Below, one piece after another: positions 27,213-32,000 of a stretch of 32,000 bases of DNA. Position numbers and translations under genes: made by a program. Source of the DNA: Desulfobulbus propionicus DSM 2032 (GTDB lineage: Bacteria > Desulfobacterota > Desulfobulbia > Desulfobulbales > Desulfobulbaceae); assembly GCF_000186885.1 (NCBI RefSeq), contig NC_014972.1, positions 2,040,001-2,072,000 on the forward strand, in the 5' to 3' direction. Position 1 is the first letter of the stretch; every line of letters begins with the position of its first letter. The notes beneath the pieces are model-generated. The model did not search any database and was not told the origin of the DNA. It saw only the letters and a program-made list of their open reading frames with translations.

Positions 27213-27931
27213 CAGTCCTTGACCCCGATGTAGATGGACACGATGCCAAAAGTCAGCGGGATGCGCGACACGGTGGCGAATCCCGCTTCACGCATCATGG
27301 CCAGCAGTTGGTCCGGTTCGTAGAAGGCGGCAATCGAGGAAGCCAGATACTGATACGCTTCCTTGTCGCCGGAAATCATCCCGGCGATCGCCGGCAGGAT
27401 GCGATTGAGGTAAAAGGTGTAGATCGGCTTGATGATCGGATTGGTCGGTCGGGAAAATTCAAGAATCAATAGTTTGCCGGAAGGCCTGAGAACGCGGTGC
27501 ATCTCCCGCAACCCCTGCAAGGTCCGAGACAGGTTGCGCACCCCGAAGGCCACGGTGCAACCCCAGAAGGCATCAGAAGGCGCAGGGATGAGTTCGCCAT
27601 CGCCGCAAACCGGAAAGATGCGGGGGGTACGGTCATCATTGGGCAGGGCCTTGGCTCCGGCGCGCAACATGTCCTCGCAAAAATCAACGGCCAGGACCTT
27701 GCGTTGGGCCGCCTGGCGGGTGAGCTCCAGGGACAGGGGCAGGGTCCCGGCGCACAGGTCAAGCACCCATCCCTGGGGAAACTGCCTCAGCAGACGGGTG
27801 GTCCGCCAGCGCCAGTAACGGTCGATTTGCAGGGAAAGCAGCGAGTTGAGCAAATCGTAGCGATGGCTGATCGAAGAGAATTTTTCCCGGACAAATTGTT
27901 TCTTTTCGTCGGGAAGGGTCATCTTTTCCAT
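27212..27931 (-). CDS. Demethylmenaquinone methyltransferase (UbiE/MenG family)
   Basis: FSSISHRYDLLNSLLSLQIDRYWR, VLDLCAGTLPLSLEL, VAFGVRNLSRTLQGLREMHRVLRPSGKLLILEFSRP. Confidence 0.9.
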   Translation of the reverse strand: MEKMTLPDEKKQFVREKFSSISHRYDLLNSLLSLQIDRYWRWRTTRLLRQFPQGWVLDLCAGTLPLSLELTRQAAQRKVLAVDFCEDMLRAGAKALPNDDRTPRIFPVCGDGELIPAPSDAFWGCTVAFGVRNLSRTLQGLREMHRVLRPSGKLLILEFSRPTNPIIKPIYTFYLNRILPAIAGMISGDKEAYQYLASSIAAFYEPDQLLAMMREAGFATVSRIPLTFGIVSIYIGVKD

Positions 27932-27974
27932 GCACTTTCCTTGATAACGAGCGGAGAAAGGGTGCTCATTGTCG

Positions 27975-28799
27975 TTATCTGAATATTTTGAGCGGCAGAG
28001 CGCCGGCCGGTGCCTCGCCCCGGTCAATCAGGTATTGAAAAAACCGCTCGAGGGCCTGGATCTTGATTGGCGTCAGGTCGTGTTCAATGCCCATGAGATA
28101 ACGGGAGCAGGTTTCGCAATCCATGGGGATCCGTCGTGCTACCCGATCGCAGATCTCGGCCATGCGCAAGGCGCCCTGTTGGCGGCAGTCTACCAGGGCC
28201 TGGCGGACTTGCCGGGCCTCTTCGGCCTGATCGGCAAGAAAAGCCTCACGAACCGCGCAAACGCTGAAAACAAAAGGCAGCCCGGTGGTTTTAAACCAGA
28301 TCTCACCGAGATCCAACTGCACGGGATAGCGTTGTTCGGCGTTGAGGCGAAGGGCGTCGTCGCCAATCGCAAGCACGGCGTTGGCCGCGCCCTCCTTGGT
28401 CTGCTCGTTGTACGCATCTCCCACCGTGTAGCGAGGCCGAACGCGGTAAAATTCTTCCAGAATGATCTTGACCAGACGGATCGAGGTGTCCGATTGCCGG
28501 GTAAGCAGCACCCGCTGGCCGTCCAGCGATTCCGGCGGCAGCTCGGAAAACAGGAAAACGCTGCCCACCGGCCCGGTGGCGCTGATCGAGAGATCGGCCA
28601 AAATCTGGTACCGTTCCGGCCGGGCGGCATAGGCATAGGAAGAGACAAATCCCATGTCGATCCCCTCCTCGGCCAGCAGCACGTTCAAGCGACTCGGCTG
28701 CTCCTCGATCACTTGCCAGTGGGTTGGAAAAGACCGTTCCTTCCAAATCTCATAGATGGGAGCAACGTTGATGTAGTTGACCATGCCGATACGCGCCAT
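27975..28799 (-). CDS. mqnA: Chorismate dehydratase (futalosine pathway)
   Basis: MARIGMVNYINVAPIYEIWKE, EQPSRLNVLLAEEGIDMGFVSSYAYAARPERYQIL; adjacent to mqnC/mqnE homologs. Confidence 0.88.
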   Translation of the reverse strand: MARIGMVNYINVAPIYEIWKERSFPTHWQVIEEQPSRLNVLLAEEGIDMGFVSSYAYAARPERYQILADLSISATGPVGSVFLFSELPPESLDGQRVLLTRQSDTSIRLVKIILEEFYRVRPRYTVGDAYNEQTKEGAANAVLAIGDDALRLNAEQRYPVQLDLGEIWFKTTGLPFVFSVCAVREAFLADQAEEARQVRQALVDCRQQGALRMAEICDRVARRIPMDCETCSRYLMGIEHDLTPIKIQALERFFQYLIDRGEAPAGALPLKIFR

Positions 28800-28809
28800 G
28801 TTCCGTGCC

Positions 28810-30033
28810 TCACTCATTGATCCGTGCCAGGCGGATGGCAGGGCCGGCACTCACTAAATATCGACAGACCTGCAACGCCTCGGTTGCCGGCCCAGGCAGC
28901 TGTACGGCCAGCAGATCGGCCTCCTTGCCCGAGTCCAGTGTGCCAAGAAGATCTCCCAGACTAAGGGCTTCGGCCCCACCCCGGGTGGCCATGGCGAAAA
29001 CAATCGTCGGGTCGACGTCCATGAAATTGGCCGCCAGGAGAGCCATCTCCCGCCACAGGGAAACCTCCGGGTTACTGGCCAAGCTGTCCGTGCCCAAGGC
29101 CGGCAAAATCCCTCTGTCCAGATACTGGCGCAACGGAGCGGTGCCCACGCCAAGGAATTGGTTGCTGCCTGGACAGAGGCAAACCTTGGCCCCTTCTCCT
29201 GCCAGGATATCGATCTCCTCGCCGGAGACATGCACCCCGTGGATACAGAGCGTATGCTCATCGATCAAACCAAGATCGTACAGGTATTCAACCGTGCCGC
29301 CTCTGCCCCTGGGGACAAAGGTGCCGTCCCAGAACCCGCGTTCACGAATGAAGTCCACCATCTCTCCCCTGCCTTCACGGAGCATCTCGCCTTCCGCGGC
29401 GGGCTCGGCGGCATGGATGGGAAAAATCTGGCCGTGCGAGGTTGCTCGTGCCTTGAGGGCCTGCAAAAGACGCGGATGGGTGGAGTACGGCGCATGGCCC
29501 GAACACAAGACTTCCTCCGGCTCGCTCCCCAGCCGCTGCAAGTTCTTCTCCAGGGTCCGCTCGGCCATACCCAGGTATTCCTTGAACGGCAACAAACGAC
29601 CGGGAAAGCTGTCGGCCATCTCACGGCCAAGGGCGGTGTTGCCGATATCGGCAAGGACACTGACCCCGCTGCGATACTGCTGCTCGGCTGTTTGGGCGGC
29701 GGCGTGCTGGGCCTGTTCGCCGGTGGCGCCCAATCGGTCACGGCACTGCAGCAACCGACTGATCCAGCCGGTAAAACTTGCCGGTCGGGACTCGCTCAAC
29801 TCGAGCAGATGCGACAATTCAAGATGGATATGGGCATTGATCAGGGCTGGTGTCAGGGCACTGGCGGGATGATCGACGATCTCGGCATGAGGATACAGTT
29901 GACGCAACCGGGGCAACGCCTCGACCGCGATGATTTTTCCCCCGGAAACACCGACACCACCATCGGCAATCATCGGCCGACTGACCGGAACCACCCAGGG
30001 CGCGCTGTGGATGCGGATCGGTGCGGCACCCAT
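28810..30033 (-). CDS. Amidohydrolase, probable aminodeoxyfutalosine deaminase
   Basis: LINAHIHLELSHL (metal-binding HxH), YSTHPRL, HAAEPAAE, CLCPGSNQFLGVG, ALGTDSLASNP; embedded in an mqn cluster. Confidence 0.78.
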   Translation of the reverse strand: MGAAPIRIHSAPWVVPVSRPMIADGGVGVSGGKIIAVEALPRLRQLYPHAEIVDHPASALTPALINAHIHLELSHLLELSESRPASFTGWISRLLQCRDRLGATGEQAQHAAAQTAEQQYRSGVSVLADIGNTALGREMADSFPGRLLPFKEYLGMAERTLEKNLQRLGSEPEEVLCSGHAPYSTHPRLLQALKARATSHGQIFPIHAAEPAAEGEMLREGRGEMVDFIRERGFWDGTFVPRGRGGTVEYLYDLGLIDEHTLCIHGVHVSGEEIDILAGEGAKVCLCPGSNQFLGVGTAPLRQYLDRGILPALGTDSLASNPEVSLWREMALLAANFMDVDPTIVFAMATRGGAEALSLGDLLGTLDSGKEADLLAVQLPGPATEALQVCRYLVSAGPAIRLARINE

Positions 30034-31095
30034 CTAGCAAACCGGGGTATAATCCATCAACCGCTGCTGCGGCTCAAAGCCGGCATCGCGGACCAATCGC
30101 CTAATCTCCTCTTCTGAAAGGCGAAAATGGACGCCGGCCGCGGCCACCACATTTTCCTCGATCATGGTCGAGCCGAAGTCGTTGGCGCCAAAAAAGAGGG
30201 AAAGCTGGGCGATCTTCGGTCCTTGCGTTACCCAAGAGGCTTGAATGTTGGCGATATTGTCGAGGAAGATACGGCTCAAGGCTAGCATGCGCAGATAGCT
30301 GACCGCAGTGGTCTTCTCGATGCGGCGGGCCGCAGCCAATGGAGTGTGGTCGGGTTGAAAGGGCCAGGGAATGAAGGCGGTGAACCCACCGGTGCGGTCC
30401 TGGAGGTCGCGGACCCGCTGCAGGTGCTCCAGCCGCTCTTCCATGGTTTCGATGTGGCCGAACATCATGGTGGCCGTGGTTCGCAAGCCCTGGCGATGCG
30501 CTTGTTCCATGATCCCGATCCACTGGTCGGCGCTGCATTTTTTGGGCGCCAACTCCTGCCTGACCCGGTCGCACAGAATCTCGGCGCCGCCGCCGGGGAT
30601 GGAATCAAGACCGGCAGCGATCAACCGCTCAAGGACCGTGGCGATTGGCAACCCGGACAGTTGGGCGAAATGGTGGATCTCGGGGGGGGAAAAACCGTGG
30701 ACATGGATGCCGGTGGTTTTGATGAACCGCAGCATTTCCTCGTAAAACTCCAGCGGCTTGTCCGGATGCAATCCGCCCTGCAATAAAATTTGCGTGCCGC
30801 CGAGAGCCTGGGTCTCGTGTATCTTGTCAGCCAATTGCTCTCGCGTCAGCACCTCGCCGTGCGGGTCGTCCGGAGCCTTGAAAAAGGCACAGAACTTACA
30901 GGCCGAGATACAGACGTCGGTATAGTTGATATTGCGGTCAATCACATAGGTGACCACCGGCCGCGGATGGAGTCGGCGGCGCACACCATCGGCGAGCATG
31001 CCGAGCTGGTGCAGGTCAGCGTCACGCGTCAAACGGAGGAATGCCTCCCCTTCGATACGCTCCCCGGCTTCTATCTTGGCAATGAGGTTCCGCAT
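30034..31095 (-). CDS. mqnC: Cyclic dehypoxanthinyl futalosine synthase, radical SAM
   Basis: DRNINYTDVCISACKFCAFFKAPDDPHGEVLTREQL, GGTQILLQGGLHPDKPLEFYEEMLRFIK, FIPWPFQPDHTPL. Confidence 0.92.
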   Translation of the reverse strand: MRNLIAKIEAGERIEGEAFLRLTRDADLHQLGMLADGVRRRLHPRPVVTYVIDRNINYTDVCISACKFCAFFKAPDDPHGEVLTREQLADKIHETQALGGTQILLQGGLHPDKPLEFYEEMLRFIKTTGIHVHGFSPPEIHHFAQLSGLPIATVLERLIAAGLDSIPGGGAEILCDRVRQELAPKKCSADQWIGIMEQAHRQGLRTTATMMFGHIETMEERLEHLQRVRDLQDRTGGFTAFIPWPFQPDHTPLAAARRIEKTTAVSYLRMLALSRIFLDNIANIQASWVTQGPKIAQLSLFFGANDFGSTMIEENVVAAAGVHFRLSEEEIRRLVRDAGFEPQQRLMDYTPVC

Positions 31096-31100
31096 GGCGC

Positions 31101-32000
31101 TCAGAAGGTGGCAAGAACGTTATAGAGTGTGTCGCGCTGCACCGGTTGGCGACCGGCCTCGTGGATCAGCCGGATCAGGGTTTTGTGCCCCAGAGCCTGT
31201 TCGGTTTCCGCCCCGGCCATGTGGGTGATCACTTCTTCCTTGACCGTGCCGTCCATGTCGTCGGCGCCAAAGGCAAGGGCCACTTGAGCCAGCTTGGGAC
31301 CGACCATCACCCAATAGGCTTTGATGTGCGGAAAGTTGTCGAGCATCAGCCGACTGACCGCGATATTTTTCAGATCGTTGATGCCGCTGGTATTGGAATG
31401 CTCGGCCATCTCAGTGTTTTTTGGATGAAAGGCCAAGGGAATGAAGGCAAGGAAACCACCGGTTTCATCCTGGGTGTGACGCAGGGCATCAAGATGTTCC
31501 AGTCGTTCATCGATGGACTCGATATGGCCATACAGCATAGTGGCATTGGTGCGCAGTCCCAACCGGTGAGCGGTCCGCGCCACCTCAAGCCACCCTTCCC
31601 CGGAAAGCTTTCTCTCGCAGGTCAGGCGGCGGATACGCGGGCTGAACACTTCAGCCCCGCCGCCGGGCATTGACCCAAGGCCGGCCGCCATCAGCTCCTC
31701 AAGGGTCGTATCGACCGGTTTGCCGGCCAGCTGAGCCAGGTGGTGGATCTCCACACAGGTGAAAGCCTGGATGTGTACCTCGGGGCGAACGTCCTTGATA
31801 CCGCGCAACAAATCGAGATAATAGGAAAAAGGCAGATCGGGATGAATGCCGCCAACCACATGGATCTCGGTGATCGGTTCATCGAGCCGCTGCCGGACCT
31901 TCTCCTTGACCTCCTCGATGCTCATCTCATAGGCAAGGGCATGCCCCTTTTCCTTGCCAAAGGCGCAGAATTTACAGAGATTGGTGCAAATATTGGAATA
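31101..32000 (-). CDS. mqnE: Aminofutalosine synthase, radical SAM (5' part outside window)
   Basis: Frame stays open to the window edge and encodes YSNICTNLCKFCAFGKEKGHALAYEMS upstream of the listed ORF start; EIHVVGGIHPDLPFSYYLDLLRGIK...FIPLAFHPKNTEM. Confidence 0.92.
   Translation of the reverse strand, partial: YSNICTNLCKFCAFGKEKGHALAYEMSIEEVKEKVRQRLDEPITEIHVVGGIHPDLPFSYYLDLLRGIKDVRPEVHIQAFTCVEIHHLAQLAGKPVDTTLEELMAAGLGSMPGGGAEVFSPRIRRLTCERKLSGEGWLEVARTAHRLGLRTNATMLYGHIESIDERLEHLDALRHTQDETGGFLAFIPLAFHPKNTEMAEHSNTSGINDLKNIAVSRLMLDNFPHIKAYWVMVGPKLAQVALAFGADDMDGTVKEEVITHMAGAETEQALGHKTLIRLIHEAGRQPVQRDTLYNVLATF

Overview
This 32 kb window is high-GC chromosomal DNA. Its gene content resembles a sulfate-reducing or Desulfobulbales-like Desulfobacterota, but that lineage call is inference from content only. 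Genes are densely packed and mostly core. From left to right: the end of a 2-oxoacid:ferredoxin oxidoreductase operon (korA fragment, korB, korC) plus a Cys-rich flavodoxin-fold protein; a small zinc-ribbon gene and an uncharacterised two-repeat protein behind a structured leader; rlmN; a radical SAM protein; serC; trmL; lysC; cimA; a membrane-anchored HhH/ComEA-like gene; miaA; recJ; purB; a DUF4911-like gene; miaB; a PHP hydrolase; and a second radical SAM paralog. These are followed by a compact [NiFe]-hydrogenase operon (small subunit, large subunit, maturation protease, diguanylate cyclase), an S4 protein, purC, tandem hsp20 genes, and a futalosine-type menaquinone cluster (mqnE, mqnC, amidohydrolase, mqnA, ubiE/menG, ubiX, ubiA) ending in a DUF3108-like gene. 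The most interesting item is the overlapping four-gene operon coupling a Tat-less group-2-like [NiFe] hydrogenase to an apparently active GGDEF protein with an intact I-site. Also notable are a strong internal Shine-Dalgarno and start inside lysC, predicting an alpha/beta aspartokinase arrangement, and a hairpin-rich leader before the zinc-ribbon gene. No CRISPR array, mobile element, rRNA or tRNA was recognised.
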